Made by a program: the position numbers and the translations under genes | Shown here: piece after piece, positions 1 to 15,615 of the stretch | Layout: each line of letters starts with the position of its first letter | Numbering within the stretch: position 1 is the first letter of the stretch | Assembly: GCA_964304625.1 (NCBI GenBank) | Contig: OZ199839.1 | Span: 10,137,087 to 10,201,086, forward strand | Length of the DNA stretch: 64,000 nucleotides | Source: Kudoa neothunni | Lineage: Eukaryota; Animalia; Cnidaria | Direction: 5' to 3' | Notes under the pieces: model-generated | Database searches by the model: none | What the model saw: only the letters and a program-made list of their open reading frames with translations | What the model was told of the DNA's origin: nothing

Positions 1-1688
1 AATATTAAATTTTCGTGTTAAACTGTTAGTTAGTCTATTTCTATGATAAATTTTTATAATTTTTAACGCCTGTTTTTAAAAAATCCACTAGATAATTAGT
101 AAAAAGTTTCTGTAAAAATTCTAAGTACTGCAAAGAAAAGAAAAAATGAAAAATACATTCAATAAATTGTAATACTATAACCTAATATATATCGTACTGA
201 ATATTAGCTATATATAGGGAAATATTGTAGGAAAAACAATAATAGTATCTAATCACAATATATCAGTACCTAAAAACCAAACATATTCCAAACAAGAGTA
301 TTACTAGGTTACGTGTAAACGAATTGCTATAGGATGTCATGCACTGAGAGATCCATAATCAGTAAATTACTCTATAACTAAAAGTAAAATTATATGAACA
401 TACACAAAGTTTAATTTAATCAATCATTCGTTAATTAATTAGTAACAAATAAATCAATATTTTATATTATTTGGAGATTATAATTTATAGTAATACTTCA
501 AAAAATAATTCTATTAGTTTTACGATGGCACTTTAAGAAATAAATTCTACAGTTTAAACCAAATAGTTTTATTCAATAAATAGAACCAATTAAAATGTAG
601 GTATATATATCATTAATTGATCCTTATAGTTGTATCATGAATCCAATGAAATATTATTTCATTAATTATTTATTTATCTGTGTTATGGTGTATACAAAAT
701 GATGTATTTTACTTCGTAGAATCTAAAAAATTTATATCTGGCGGAATAAATAGAAATTTTAATCATATACACATTTTGTACAACTCAAATGGTTGGATTT
801 AAATGTAGCAGATAATTCTTCATATTTGTTTAAACACACATATTGTTAATGTAAAATTTATATAAACATTTCACTAAAAAGTACCATGTATATATTATAT
901 ATATATATATTTGATTTGTCAGTTCATTCATTCATTCATTTTTATTTATATTTATTTTACTAATTTAAAGAGATATGCCTTATATACAAAAAAATTGGAA
1001 TTCCTGACAGGTAAGCTAGATAAACTAATTATGATAAAAATCCTCAGAATTTTCCAAAAAATATTAACATTTAGTTATACTGTACTATTTCTATAGTAAT
1101 TTGTTATAAATAAAAATAAACTTATGTAATGAAAATTATATAAATATAAAAATTAAATGAAGATTCTGGTTTCTTGAAAAATTTAATAACAAATAATAAT
1201 CTTTGACGTATTTTCTAGTGAATATTTTCATCTTAAATATACGTTATCTAATTTACTATGAAAAAGAATATATAACTTTATTGATATATGAATAAACTTA
1301 ATATTTAATGTTTTGCGATTCATGATAATACCTTGTACATAATGCATTAAGGACATTTACATCCCAAGTACCAAAATTATTTTAATCGCCATCGTAAAAA
1401 TTGGTAAAAAAATTTTAAAACATACAAATTCAGATTCTGTTCAGTGTTAAATTTATAATTTTCGGTGAAGACATGTTAATACATCAAATGTAAAAAATTA
1501 ACACCCACGAACTTCAATTATACTTATTTAATGGATAGTCATAAAATAGTTAAAAACTTTATTTAGAATATTCAAAAATCTTTGTCAAGCAATGCGTAGA
1601 ATTTAGGTTTTATTTATTATGTGTATATATACAAACTGGCATTTCCTTTTAAAGTTAAATCTACGTAAGAAGAATAGAAATTACCTAT

Positions 1689-4006
1689 TTAATTACCACC
1701 ACCTAGTGATTTTTGCCTCTTTCTTAATAATCTTTTATATTTTCTTTTTACTTTAATTCTCCTCTCTATAAATTGATCATATCATACCATATTCGAATGA
1801 AACATACTTGCTGGAATAACCACGCTAACTTTATTTGATTTTGTAGCAGGTATGACATGAACCGTGTATTGTTTCCTGGCTCTGTATTTATGATTATAGA
1901 TTATGGATGAGCATAAAGGTGCAGATGAACATTTCCCGGCATTAGGATCTTTATAGCTGTCGGAAACAGACGCTGAATTGTCTTCTACCCCCAAATCTGA
2001 GGGCAAACAGGAGTATACGGTCTCATGTTTATCGTTCGTTTTCACCTGGACGACGAAATAACAAGTAGTGGTTGTTTGTTTACCGTTTGAAAATTGTCCG
2101 TTCAGCTCAAAACCTCCTCGAATGTGTTTGTATGATACTTTAAAAGTATCCCTCGCTAAATGTAGTCCATATTTGCACGCAATTAAGATAATATACTACC
2201 TAATGTAACGTCTTTGTAGATAACGGATCCATAGGTAGAATGAGCCGTAACTTTGAAATCGTACAGAGCATTTGGATCCAATTTGACAATCGCCTTGGTG
2301 TCTCTACACTTACCTCGACATGGATAGCTGTCAGTGCATACGGCACATCTGTATATGTTTTTTCCAGCAGGGCTTAGGTAGTAAGCGCATGTAGGTTCAT
2401 CCGGAGAATTGCCAGGATTGCCTTCGAGAACCTTGGCCAAAATAACATTACCATTCAAGTGTAACCCTTCGTTTGAGAAATGTTTATCTTTCTTATGAGC
2501 TTTAATAATATGTAATAAATGACATAAATAAATGTCACCATTGGCTACCTGTTCTAATAAATATATGTTCTTTAAACTTCACAGTTCCGTCATTGGCAAT
2601 ATTGGCTACTTCTAACACGTAAGGACTGCCACTTTTTAGATCATTCAGCACTAGCTTGCTGCAATCTTTTTTGCAATTATGAATTTGAGGGAGTGAACTT
2701 CCGGGTTCACAACTTGTTACATCTCCCACAGGTTTGCGAGGTTGATCTGCATGATAGTGCGAAATCACGCACGTCTCAAACTTTTCAGATTCATCTGACG
2801 TTGGTTTAAATAATTGAGCATTTAAGGTTAACCCATTTTCTGTGTATTCGGATAGCAACTCGTTATCATTTTCATTGAATACTACACAAAATAAACACTA
2901 TCCAGCTCTGTTATCAATAGTTTATTACCAAATTTTTTCGCTTTGTATCCAATGTAGGTGTTGTATATTTTGAATAATGGGAAATATCGGGTTTGGATGA
3001 TGACCTCTATAACCGGAGTGGACTCACTAAGTACCAATTCGACGTCTCGGCACAACGAATAGCAGTTCGAGTCCCCACTGTTTCCACACTTTGATTCGTA
3101 GGGCTTATTGTTAGATGCAGAGTGACCACTTCTCGCTCTGAACAAACACATCTCAAATGGAAACGCGTTTGTGAATTTTAGTAGATATTTGTGGGTATCC
3201 CCACCCTTCGAACGTGTCACATAGTAGTGTGGTTTGTAGATATCAATTGTAGACATCATAAATACGTTGGGAATGCTATAGGTTAGACTCGGAAGACTTT
3301 CGCATCTCATTTCAAATCGAGGAATCATATAGTTCATTTGGACGCTGTTATCTGTGTTGTCTGTGGCACATGACTTACTGGCTGTTCCTGCAGCATATTT
3401 TATATCTTCATAGTAGATAGGACATGCAACTGGGTTGCAGGTTTTGGTTGCAAACTTCAATTTTTTCGTTTCACTATCAATAGAAATTCTCACGCTGGGA
3501 TTAATCAATAATGCTATGAGTTGATAAAAATAATTCGAAAAACTCTATTTACGTGTAGAGAAGGCAAACAAATGTTTTTGTTCTGCGCCGCTATCACCAT
3601 TGGCAATTACTTGGATATATTGATTTTGACGCGGATTGATGGCGTCAAATGAGAAAGTGTAGCTACTTCCTTTTTTTCCACAATTAACCACACAGATATT
3701 TCCATCAGATGATTCATTCTTAGGGCAATTTGCAATATTATCAAAGGTAGAGGTGGCACTATTGTATTTCAACAATCGGCACTTTGTTGCGTTATTGAAA
3801 TCGCCAAGTTCAAGTTTAAAGGCCATTTCATTTTCGACGCCCAGTTGATAATTACTGTAGGATAATTTACTGCTGTTATCGCTGTCATCTAATGGTTTCG
3901 TTTCAAAACTGTTAATGTCTAATGTGTGTAACAATCAATAAATTTAAGTTTATTATAAATTACATAGCAGAACCAACAAAAATAATATTGTTGAAAACTT
4001 TGGCAT
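1689..4006 (-). CDS. Cys-rich multi-module surface/secreted protein, copy A (signal peptide, no TM helix found, polybasic C-terminus)
   Basis: Exons 4006-3964, 3918-3553, 3513-2929, 2881-2549, 2499-2200, 2155-~1808 and a short last exon, joined by 39-49 nt phase-1 GT-AG introns. N-terminus MPKFSTILFLLVLLYINS. Homologous exon by exon to copies B-D (e.g. KLKFATKTC.PV.CPI.Y, PC.G.C.D, PLCSSII). The 3' end is uncertain: stop at 1689, or at 1617 with one more intron. Confidence 0.8.
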
Positions 4007-4462
4007 TATACATACGATAAGACTAGCCGAATACTATCTAATTATTGTGAATATTCTCAATTTTTCATATTGTTGTGCATAATACATGATTGAATTTTAT
4101 TCATGGTTAATAATATTTTGATTCACTATCCCATCCAAGGGTTTATTGCGATCTGTTTTCAATCACATTAACCTCAATTAAGGCCCCTCCCATTACCTCT
4201 AATAAAGAGATCAACAAGAACGGGTCTCAACATGGACGTAAATTCTTTAAATGTCTTAAAATCAAATCAAATCAAATTCAATCAATGAATATTTAATTTA
4301 TCATACAGAAGTTAAATAAGTTAAATAGATGTATTTAAATTTGAATGAATTAATCGGTTAATTTATAAAGCAAAACTCAATTTTGTACAGGCTTAGATAA
4401 GCAAAATATATTCTGTTTAAATCAAATGTCAAAATTATAAGAAGTCAAATATACATTGATTG

Positions 4463-4499
<37 letters not shown>

Positions 4500-6081
4500 T
4501 TAATCAAGACTTCCACAATTCTATTGCTACAATATATCTTATTGAACAAATAATCGAATGAGATTAACTCAACTTGTTGATGTCTATAATTTTAAAGTAT
4601 TTTTAAAAAAATTTAAATAAGTATATATTAAAGGTTGACTTTAAAAAAAATATACTGTATTAATGTATTCCCTGTTCCTAAAAATATTAAATGTTCACAG
4701 CGTTAAAACACAGCGATGTATGGATTTTGCTCCATATGTGAATATCTAATTATAACTTCATTATTTTTCTACGATTTAAGTTTACTATACATATATATAT
4801 TAGTTTTTAGTTAGAAATCACATAAAAACTCAGTAAATTTGTTGAACGTAGCGCATTTTCTGTCAACAATGCGAATTATGACTTTATCGTTGTAATAAGA
4901 GAACAAAATATGAGTTAAATTGTCTTAAAAACTTTAAGAAAAATTATTTAGAAAAAAGGGAAACGTCGTATACAATACATTTGGAACAATGAGACTGTCT
5001 GCTAATAAATAGACACATTTCTTGATATTTTTACAATAAACCGTATTTTTTCTTTTTTACTATAATTAAACTATTCTTCAAAGTTAATTAATATATCCAT
5101 CATAAAGATATTTGTAATTTAGGGAGACCTATGAGAAAAAAAGGAGAAAGAAAAATGTGTGGAGTTTTGATAATCTAAAGCCCCATAATGATTGCTGTTG
5201 GTGGTTTCAAAAAGTTTTCAAGTCAATGCATAGTTCTCTGAATATATTTACTTATTTTTTTTCATTGCCAAAACATAACAACAGTCTGTTCCAACCAAAG
5301 GACTTATTTTGACAGATAAAAAGTTTGATAGTCAATTTAAAAAAAATATTTCAGCATTCAACTTCGTTTTTATAAAAATAATTAGATAATCTGACTGATG
5401 TTGATGCGTATTAGTTTTAAAATTGAAATTATTCACAAAAAATTCGATGTATAAAAATAAAATTCTTGTGATGTATTTAAATTTGAAGAAAATAGAATTT
5501 AATTTAAAAAGATACTTTTCAGCAGTTCAAAAAAGCGTGATCGTTAATCATTTCTTTACTAATAAATGCCTTAAGTAATTACCATTACTTAATTCTTTTA
5601 TGGATAAATTAGGTTTTTTTGATTACAATTAGAAGATAAAAATCCATGATATATACGGCTTTCTTTAAAAATGTTTAGCGCTTATGCTTTTCATATGATC
5701 CTATATTAGATAGTGGTTCATTATAGCGTGGTAAAATTCAAGTCTTGATTTATTATGTTATATCGTGGCTCTACTGTACACAAACAAAATTTTCATAAGG
5801 CATTTTTGTTGCAACTTCTCTCCTAATTAATAATTTTAATATTTATTTAATTAATTAAAACCGAAATTTTTAATGTTTTAAAACAACTGAGAACCGCCAA
5901 GCTTATTCAGCATTAGCAAATAATAATGGAAATGTCAATAGCAACTAATATCTGTAGGTGAACAGAGGAAAAAATATATGGTTACAAAAATAACTGAAAA
6001 TTATATCGATAAAAGGTGTGTATTGAGAATTGGTTGATAATAAAAAACTCCAGCTATAATATGAAGACAATCCGTTGACAA

Positions 6082-6936
6082 TCAAGATACAAACGGAAAT
6101 CCAAATGGAGTTCTTTTCATGTAGTCACGATATTGATTTTGGTACTGGGACAACAATAGTTCTTCCTCAAAGAGGATGCGTTCGCGAAAGAACAAATAGA
6201 TCACCACCACTGAGAAAACCAAGGAAACGACGTTGCCAACCATAATCTGGAGGCCAATAGCAAACATTGACCATCCAACATACGAAGGGTGACGGCACAA
6301 TGAGTAAATCCCTGTGGTAACAAGGTGACAATTGTTGATAGAATTATCTTCCTGGATAACATGATTGAAACTATCTCCCGCATGTAGAATTGCACATTTT
6401 CTAATACAATCTCCCATAAGAGCCATACACAAGCCGAAAAATTCAGTATAATGGCAGACAGAATATTTGAGATTGGGGAAAAAATATGAGCCCACGAAAA
6501 ATTCTATCACAACAGCCATCAATGTTAACTGATAGTGATAATCATCAGAAGGATTGAGTAGGTAGTTGCAATATGTGACTCCATTCCGAAATTTTGAGTA
6601 AGTAATACACACAAATTCGAGCATATGAAACAACGAGAGCAGCATTAGAAAAAAGAAGATGGAGCGATGAAATCCAAAATAGTGAGGGTCCACTGCAGTT
6701 GCTCTTAGTGCACGATTCGAAACATTTGCCACAACCCCCAAAATTGCACTCGTCAAACAAACTTTCGTGCATTTGCGTCCACTCAGCAGCATGGCAATCA
6801 TAATAGGGATAACTGTACCCACCACATTAATTGTTATAGTAAAATGTGGTAGAATAACCCATTCAATTAGATAGGTGATCACACACAACCAAAATAAATA
6901 TAGTTGTTGGTTGTAATGAGTATGATGGGGGTCCAT
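6082..6936 (-). CDS. ICMT: Isoprenylcysteine carboxyl methyltransferase (STE14 family)
   Basis: 284-aa intronless multi-TM ORF with family motifs FNH, LVTTGIYSLCRHPSYVGW and FFRERILFEEELL. Confidence 0.95.
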   Translation of the reverse strand: MDPHHTHYNQQLYLFWLCVITYLIEWVILPHFTITINVVGTVIPIMIAMLLSGRKCTKVCLTSAILGVVANVSNRALRATAVDPHYFGFHRSIFFFLMLLSLFHMLEFVCITYSKFRNGVTYCNYLLNPSDDYHYQLTLMAVVIEFFVGSYFFPNLKYSVCHYTEFFGLCMALMGDCIRKCAILHAGDSFNHVIQEDNSINNCHLVTTGIYSLCRHPSYVGWSMFAIGLQIMVGNVVSLVFSVVVIYLFFRERILFEEELLLSQYQNQYRDYMKRTPFGFPFVS

Positions 6937-9436
6937 TATGATTAAAAAATTTTCTCTTGTAAAAAAGGCTTACAAAAAACAAAACAAACTTGAAAATGTT
7001 AACTATTCAACAAAAAATAATCAAGGGGGATTTTATCCTCCTGGTTCTTCATTGCGCATGCGTGTCCGACGAATAGATTATTAAATCGTTAATCATTATT
7101 TCCAGTTTCCTATTCTACTTCTTACAAAAAAATTTGTTTTTTGCATTATTTGAATGAAATAAAAATAATTTTCAAAGATACATAATTGTGACGTCGGCAT
7201 AGATAACGAATAGGTTCGGATACCCTTCCTATTATTGTCCATTAATACTGACTCTTTGCTTTGATTGCGTCACAATAATTGAATTATTAAATTAGAATTT
7301 TGTAGATTGCGTCGTTATATTCTTCGTACACCACAGAAAATAGATAAATGAATTTTTAGGGAATCTCTTATCACGAAAACATAACTATGCTCAATAAAAT
7401 CATATTTTTACGAAAATAAAATAAATCTAATTTTTAATTTATGTAAAAACAGATTTTTTACACTTTGAAACGAAAATTAATATATTTTTGTCATAAAATA
7501 TATTCCAAATAAAATTATAATTTTTGTAGATTAAATAACTATTCATATTTTTGAGTTATTAGGTAAATTAATAATTAAAATCGCCACGTTGCATTTATGT
7601 AATTATACAAAATTTTCTTATTTTAAATAAAATTTAAAATAAATATTTTTACTTGATTTTTTTAAGAAAAATAAAATTTTTAATATATCTAATCAAAAAT
7701 GCTCCTATTATAATTCAAAATTAACACATCCCAGTTTTTATGTTTTAATTTAATGCTGTATATAAAAAATTATTTTTAATAATTTTAAATTGAATTAATC
7801 TATTAAACCTTATTTCATATTTTTATTGATTTCATACAAAACTATAAAAATTTAATGAGTCTATGTAATTTTTTAGCTTAATGCCGCAGTCGTATTCTCG
7901 TATTCTCGTATTCACAAGGAAGTTCATAACTAGCGATAAATCCCATATTTTCCCGCTTGTGGACGATGAAAAAGTTTCAATGGTATTTCTTCAACTAGTT
8001 AATCTTGCGTTTACATATATTCAAAAATAACACTGAAATATCGAAATTATTATTTGTCCTTTCACATGAGGTGTTGTAATGTTTCTCTTTATTTTCTGCA
8101 TTACGGTGAAGTCTAAATTAATCAAACTTTATATATAAGCATTATATTAATATTATTATAAAAAATTTAATTAAAATCAATGCTTTCTTTTAATTATATT
8201 TTCAATATTCATAAAGCATTAGAGATACATAATATTTAATCTTAATTAAACAAAAACAAAGTAAGAAACATTAGCTAATTTTGATATATTAACGCTTTCC
8301 TACACTAATGTGATGCAAGTAACAAATCGGAGAGTTTATTCCTCACACGTCACAAATTTGATATAACCGTCAATATATTTGTAGATAAAGCCTTTAAAAA
8401 GTGAATAACTTCAAATATTAATCTCTTACGAGAATTTTATAGGATTTTTTTCTCGTTTAAATTATAATATTAAAATATTAAACCAACAGTCATATCTTTG
8501 TTAATCAAGTAATATTTTTCCAAGCCGAGATAGAATTGTTAACCATTTAAAACATCTTGAAATAAATCTTGCAAAGAACTATAAAAAATTTAATATTTAT
8601 CTAAACATATACTTATTTTATTATTATAAAAAAAACTAAAATTTTTTTAATTTCGATTAATTTTATAAAGAAAGCGCTCTTTTTTAAATTCATTGTGATT
8701 TTTAAAAAATACCAATTTCGACACTAATTTATTCTCATATTTTGTGCGATCATATAAAAATATCATTTCGAGCGAACATGATATTAATGATCTATTTCAA
8801 AAATAAAACACACCTTATGACTAAATTTAATCTGATAATTTTATAAATACCCCTAAAATTAGAAATACCAGATAAATATCGCGCTTTGAACAAATAGAAT
8901 GTGAGATAATCTAAAATTATATTCCAAGTCATTTTAGATATGAATTAATTTTATTTTTCGGAATTCACATCCTAAATAGAGATAGCATTGTTTGCTTTTT
9001 ACATATACGATCGGCATAAAAATAGTTTTGATCACGTGGCCGTCCAATTTGAAAATAAATCATCAAATAGAATAAATTATTAAAAATTAATGAAAACGCT
9101 GAATCAGTAATAATATGTAATTTTTAGTCAAAATATATATCTAATTAACATAAAAGTACAACTCTGATAAAACTAAGTCCCTAAGGCAAATAGTTTCAGG
9201 TAAAAGGTAGGATTACGTAAAATTATCCAAACTAATCTATACCCCAAAAATTCTAAAACGAAAAATTAAGATGTGTATTTCTTCAGTCAAATTATGCAAA
9301 AAGCATCAATATGTAATAAATGAAATATTCATAATAATAAATATTTACAATAATTCTGTAATTCCTTTATGACATTTGAATTATGTGTAAATTCACACAC
9401 ACCGGATTGATTCAATAAATGGCAAATATCAGATAA

Positions 9437-10554
9437 TAGTGCGAACTGCCAAGCTTCGCACGATATTGAGAAAACTTCATCATATATGAAAACGGTCAAG
9501 TAATAAACAAATATGGCTCTTTTGATTAGCCCTATGGAGAGATTAAATAAATCTTTGTTTAGATATCATACTTTTAACGACTGTGATGGACACAGTAAAA
9601 AATTGAGATCATATTAGAGAGATAATGAAAGTAGTAAACCCCGAATAACTCGATAATAGCTCGATAATAGCTCGATAATAGCTCGATAATAGCTCGATAA
9701 TAACTCGATAATAACTCGATAATAGCTCGATAATAACTCGATAATAACTCGATAATAACTTACGATAATTAATTTTTATTGCTCAAATTAATATTTTTAT
9801 CCGACACATTTTTAGACACTCTCTCCTTAAGACTGTTGAGTAACTTCTTAATATACACAAAAATACATTGAATAATTAGATAAAGTAGTATTTCAATCTA
9901 TACATTAACTTTTATCGCTTAAAATTAAGTCTAGCGGTCACTATAAAGAAATTTGGGGGTCTAGTTTCAGTTCAGTATGTAAGGATTGAATCTATCTGAT
10001 TACAACATACCCTTCCAATTCTTCATTAATTTAGCAAATTTTCATATTTCCGCTATATTAAATTCCACTTATAGAACTTTTAAAGTGTATTTATCAAGTC
10101 AAGTCAAATATACTAAAATTTCCAAAAATAAGGATTGTATTTAAGCACACATCTACATAAAATGTACAGATAGATAAACGATATAAGGTGTATCTTGAAA
10201 TTTTAGATGTATATTTTAAGGCTGAACCACTAAAAACGTTAAAAACAACTTGAATAAGTTCATTATAGATAAATGTCGCCATAAATAAACAAATATAATC
10301 TTATTATTTAAGTCGCGTAATCCGATTAACAACCCTAACATCGAGGATCGAAGACAACCAAATTTCCTACATTAATTTTGAACTTTAGTAATTATAATAA
10401 AAATGAGAGAATTTCTAAGTAATCTTAAACTATAAAAAGTTCCATAAATGTCTATCTATAAGGAAAATTTCTTCCGCGCATGCTTACCTATGTACACACA
10501 CATACCGACAGCACTCCTTTCCTTTCCTTTGTATATATATATATTTATAAAAGA
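9437..10554 (-). mobile_element. Non-autonomous Helitron-like element (degraded)
   Basis: The reverse complement starts TC...TATATATA...GTGTGTGT...CATGCGC...CCTTATAGA.AGACATTTATG, as in the copies at 15259, 15616 and 46190. Its end GCGAAGCTTGGCAGTTCGCACTA resembles the ends at 16650-16677 and 46838-46866. Confidence 0.55.
9650..9759. repeat. Minisatellite, 10 x 11 bp TCGATAATA(G/A)C
   Basis: Direct reading; head-to-tail units with no spacers. Confidence 0.95.
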
Positions 10555-10629
10555 TATGATATTGGTCACTCAATAACTTCTTTTAACTGATCTATATTGA
10601 TGATATCAACTTAGGTTTGAATACAAGTA

Positions 10630-11370
10630 CAGTCACCGACCGATTTTACGTAATCTCCTCGGGACCACAAACAAGTCTGTAATGTAAAATTGGTCACGCC
10701 TGATTTTACGCAGTTATGTGCTCTCGCATTACAAAAAATGATTCTATTATTTATTAAGTGAGAGAATTAAAATGTTAATCTTTTTTTAAATGCAAATACT
10801 GTCATTAACAACCGGTTCTGAGTAATCTCTTTGGGATCGGGGAGAAAATGTGTGTCAAGTCATATAGATGACGTCTAGTTGTAATCATTTATTATTCCGC
10901 GCATATAATAAATAGTCATTTAATACAATTGAATTGCATAAATTTAAGGGATAAACAATTTCTCTCACCTAGAGATACAATAATTATTTATTTTGATCAC
11001 AAAAAATTCTTTCAAATATTTTGAAATATAGTTTTCTCTATCGCGAACATGATCGGTTGATCCTTTTTTATCAAATTTTAATAATTTTTTAAACTCATTA
11101 TAATAAATTCGAAAATTAAAATATAAACTGGTGTTTTCAATTATTTAAATAATTTCTTTTGTTTGAAAAATGTCATAACAGAGTTGGACAAGAAGGATAT
11201 GTTTGGTGTTTTATAATAACACATTTGGCACCTTTTGGGGATATATTATGAACTTATTTGATTTGATTTTATTCCATTGAACACTGAACATATTTCATTT
11301 ATTTTTTCGAGAATGTTCCGAAAAAAGCTGCGTAAAACTGGCCACCGACCTACTGCTAACTACTGACTGT
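10630..11370. mobile_element. Possible Tc1/pogo-type MITE remnant
   Basis: Left end TA|CAGTCACCGACCGATTTTACG; partly complementary CGTAAAACTGGCCACCGACC...GACTG near 11331-11370. Degenerate. Confidence 0.35.
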
Positions 11371-11957
11371 ATTACGATATTTCCTGAAGGAATTTGTCAT
11401 GGGATTACGAGATAATTACATTATTTGTTTGTCATTTTACGGCTGGTAAATTAAATAGAGCGTATAGTTAGCTTTTGTATTTTAACCACCATATCTATTC
11501 ACCTTTATCAACCAACAAAAATATATTAATCACCTAAAAATCCATTCAAGGATCCACAGCGGTGTAACTTCAGAATGCTCAAAGGATTAATATCGATATA
11601 TTGGAAATTCTTTTAATCAACTCGCTTAAAACTAGTATCACCATCACCATCTCCATCCCCGCCTCCACCACCACCCCCACAGATGATCAAACACTACTAT
11701 ATTGCATTGTATATTTCCATCTATTAAAATTGAACCAAATATGCCTCATGATTACAGAAATAACTAATATCTCAATATCGTAATCAATATTAATCATTTA
11801 ATGTTCACTCGGTTTATTAGCGTTTAAAGATTGTTACAAGATAGCCATTACGAGATAGAAAGGTATCTACGTGAGAAAACGAAATTTTACGATAAAAATC
11901 ACACTTGATCACATTTAACAACCGAGCGCAATGTAATTGGGTTAGAATAGTGCAGCC

Positions 11958-11968
11958 AATATGGCCGC
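11958..11968 (+). promoter_or_regulatory. YY1-type binding site AATATGGCCGC upstream of the YY1 gene
   Basis: Matches the AANATGGCNGC YY1 consensus about 200 bp before the coding start; overlaps a CCAAT, with ATTGG at 11936. Confidence 0.4.
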
Positions 11969-12168
11969 AAAGCCGCTAAGAACAACTTCGAATAGATTCG
12001 CAATGAATGGAGTGACTAAAAAATAGACGGAATTAAATGTTGTTTATCGAGTCAAATAAATGATCAGCCAGTTTTCCGCATTATCAAAAATGAGCGAATA
12101 AATTCTATAGTTGAAACGCTGAGGGAAACAAATTTCCAAGGCTGACTAAAAATGACGCTTCACGACGT

Positions 12169-13453
<1,285 letters not shown>

Positions 13454-15258
13454 TCTTTTCTAATCCATTACATATGTATTTAATTACAAAGTGTTTGTGA
13501 GAATAAAGTCAACCGTATTACATTATCATCTACAGATGCAGATACAAATACAGTGTTTACATCCATTAATTGCGAGCCTACCTTAGTGTATATTAATTTC
13601 TATGTTTAAATATGAAAATTCGAATATTTAAAAACTTGTCATTTTTTTACGCGCATAAATACGCTTGCTTGGATTTATTTCATAGACATGCACTTGCTTA
13701 AGTTTAATCCAGCGGTTTTTATCCTGGGTCCCCGAGTGATTTAGATAAAATCCGATTACAATTTTATCATCATATATTCAGTATAATTAGGTATTTTTAA
13801 ACGTTGGCATAATTTTTTAAAAGTAGAAATATATATTTGCGTCGTTGTTTCTCATCAATATATTCTATTTATTACAAAATTCCCTGTGTTGTAATTTATT
13901 TTGTAGAAAAAAACTATAAAAAAAATCATTCGATCAAAACTAAAAATTTCAAAAATATACTTTTTAATGCTGCAGAGTGTGCAATTAGATTGATTATTCC
14001 TTTTACAACAACCAACCTATTTTATCGCGAAACTAGATTTCCATGCTGGTTACCATAAAAACAAAATCACGAAATCACGTGTATGTGTGTTATTCCCTTG
14101 AATACTTTGTCAGAATCCGGTAAACTTTTTGATAAAAAGATGGTGAAAAATCTCATTAGATATTCTTTTAATGCTTATTAACTTTTTATCGTAGTAAACA
14201 CAATAATTAACAGAAATAAAGATTTTTTATGAACTTTACAATTACACATTTGCTCATGTATAAATAAAAAATCAACGTAGTTCAGTTATGGTTTTATTTT
14301 GAATATTATGAATCATTGTCTATATTTTTGTTTTGTTTTAATATAAATGTGATTCACGTATTAGTGATTAAAAATTTTTAATACATATTTAAAACAAAAC
14401 TACATAATTAATTTACATAAAAAATATTTTAATAAAATCCGGGATAGATAAATAATTCCGGTTTTTCCTTTCTATCAATTATTTTCTAAATTAAACTAAC
14501 ATTAAAATTATATACAATTCGAATTTTATTTCTTTTTATATAAAATTTGCAACAATAATTTTATATCTATTTTAGTCTGTTCACTGAAGTTATAAAATGG
14601 AACAAATGGGTAAAATATTTATATGTATGATTGGATTAGGAATTTAAACTGGATGGGGTCAGCGAGGAAAACAGGTCAATAACCACTGAGTTAATCTGTA
14701 ATGATACAAGTTTGCGTGAATTTGTTATATAGATATAGATATGCGTCTGCTGTATAGGGCGAGTGGGATTTTCGGTGACATCCTCATTTAGGGGAGAAAT
14801 TCCTAGTGCCTTTTTATCTCATTGTTTTATAATCTTGTTTGTCTTTTCTCAAAATTAAAATTGTTTTTTGTTGTTTTTTTAATTTTTGATCTAACTTTGA
14901 TAATTATTTTTTTTTTGACTTCAATAATGCAGATTCTAGACTTTGTTCAGATTTTACTTGGTTTTTAAAAATCATTTTTTATATCATTAAAATTTGAGAA
15001 ATATAGCTTTATTTCTTTTTGTTCATTTGAATTTAAAGGTAAGAAATAAATCTGAGATAGGTATTCGAGTGGAATAGAACGCTTTGGTGGATCCCCACCT
15101 CACCCTACATCAAGTAATGTGATCAATCCTAAAAATAAAATATCTGGATAATATGTAATTTCCATATTGGTATACAACTCGTGGCGATAACTGCGAGGTT
15201 TTTTTTCGTTTCAATTATTGTGCTTTAAATTAAGTTAGACCTGTTTTCTATTATCATA

Positions 15259-15600
15259 TCTACTATATATAAAAGAGAGGCGTCCGTGTGTGTAACTTTG
15301 AGTACATGCGTGCGCGGGAAATCTATTCCCTTATAGGAACAGATGTTGAAACTTTTGACCATATAGACATAATTTAAACGCTGTTTTCTGATCATTCAAC
15401 CAACATTATATGCATTTGCATTATTATTAACTGATATATAGACCATTTTATGCTTTATGCTGTATGCTTTATGCGCGCGACGAATTGGATTAAAAGGATT
15501 TATTTGTGGATTATCAAGAACATTAAATTTTTTAGGGGCCAAAGAGAATATTAACTTCTCCAGGATAAACATTAAGATCCTTAGGTAAACGAAATTATTC
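15259..15600 (+). mobile_element. Helitron-like element, 5' fragment
   Basis: A|TCTACTATATATAAAA...CCGTGTGTGT...CATGCGTGCGC...CCCTTATAG head shared with the other copies; no 3' end seen. Confidence 0.5.
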
Positions 15601-15615
15601 ATATCATATCTAATA

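Noticed and set aside
9650-9759. Possible CRISPR array
   Set aside because: Head-to-tail 11-bp units with no unique spacers, no cas genes, and a eukaryotic context. The same applies to 35393-35545.
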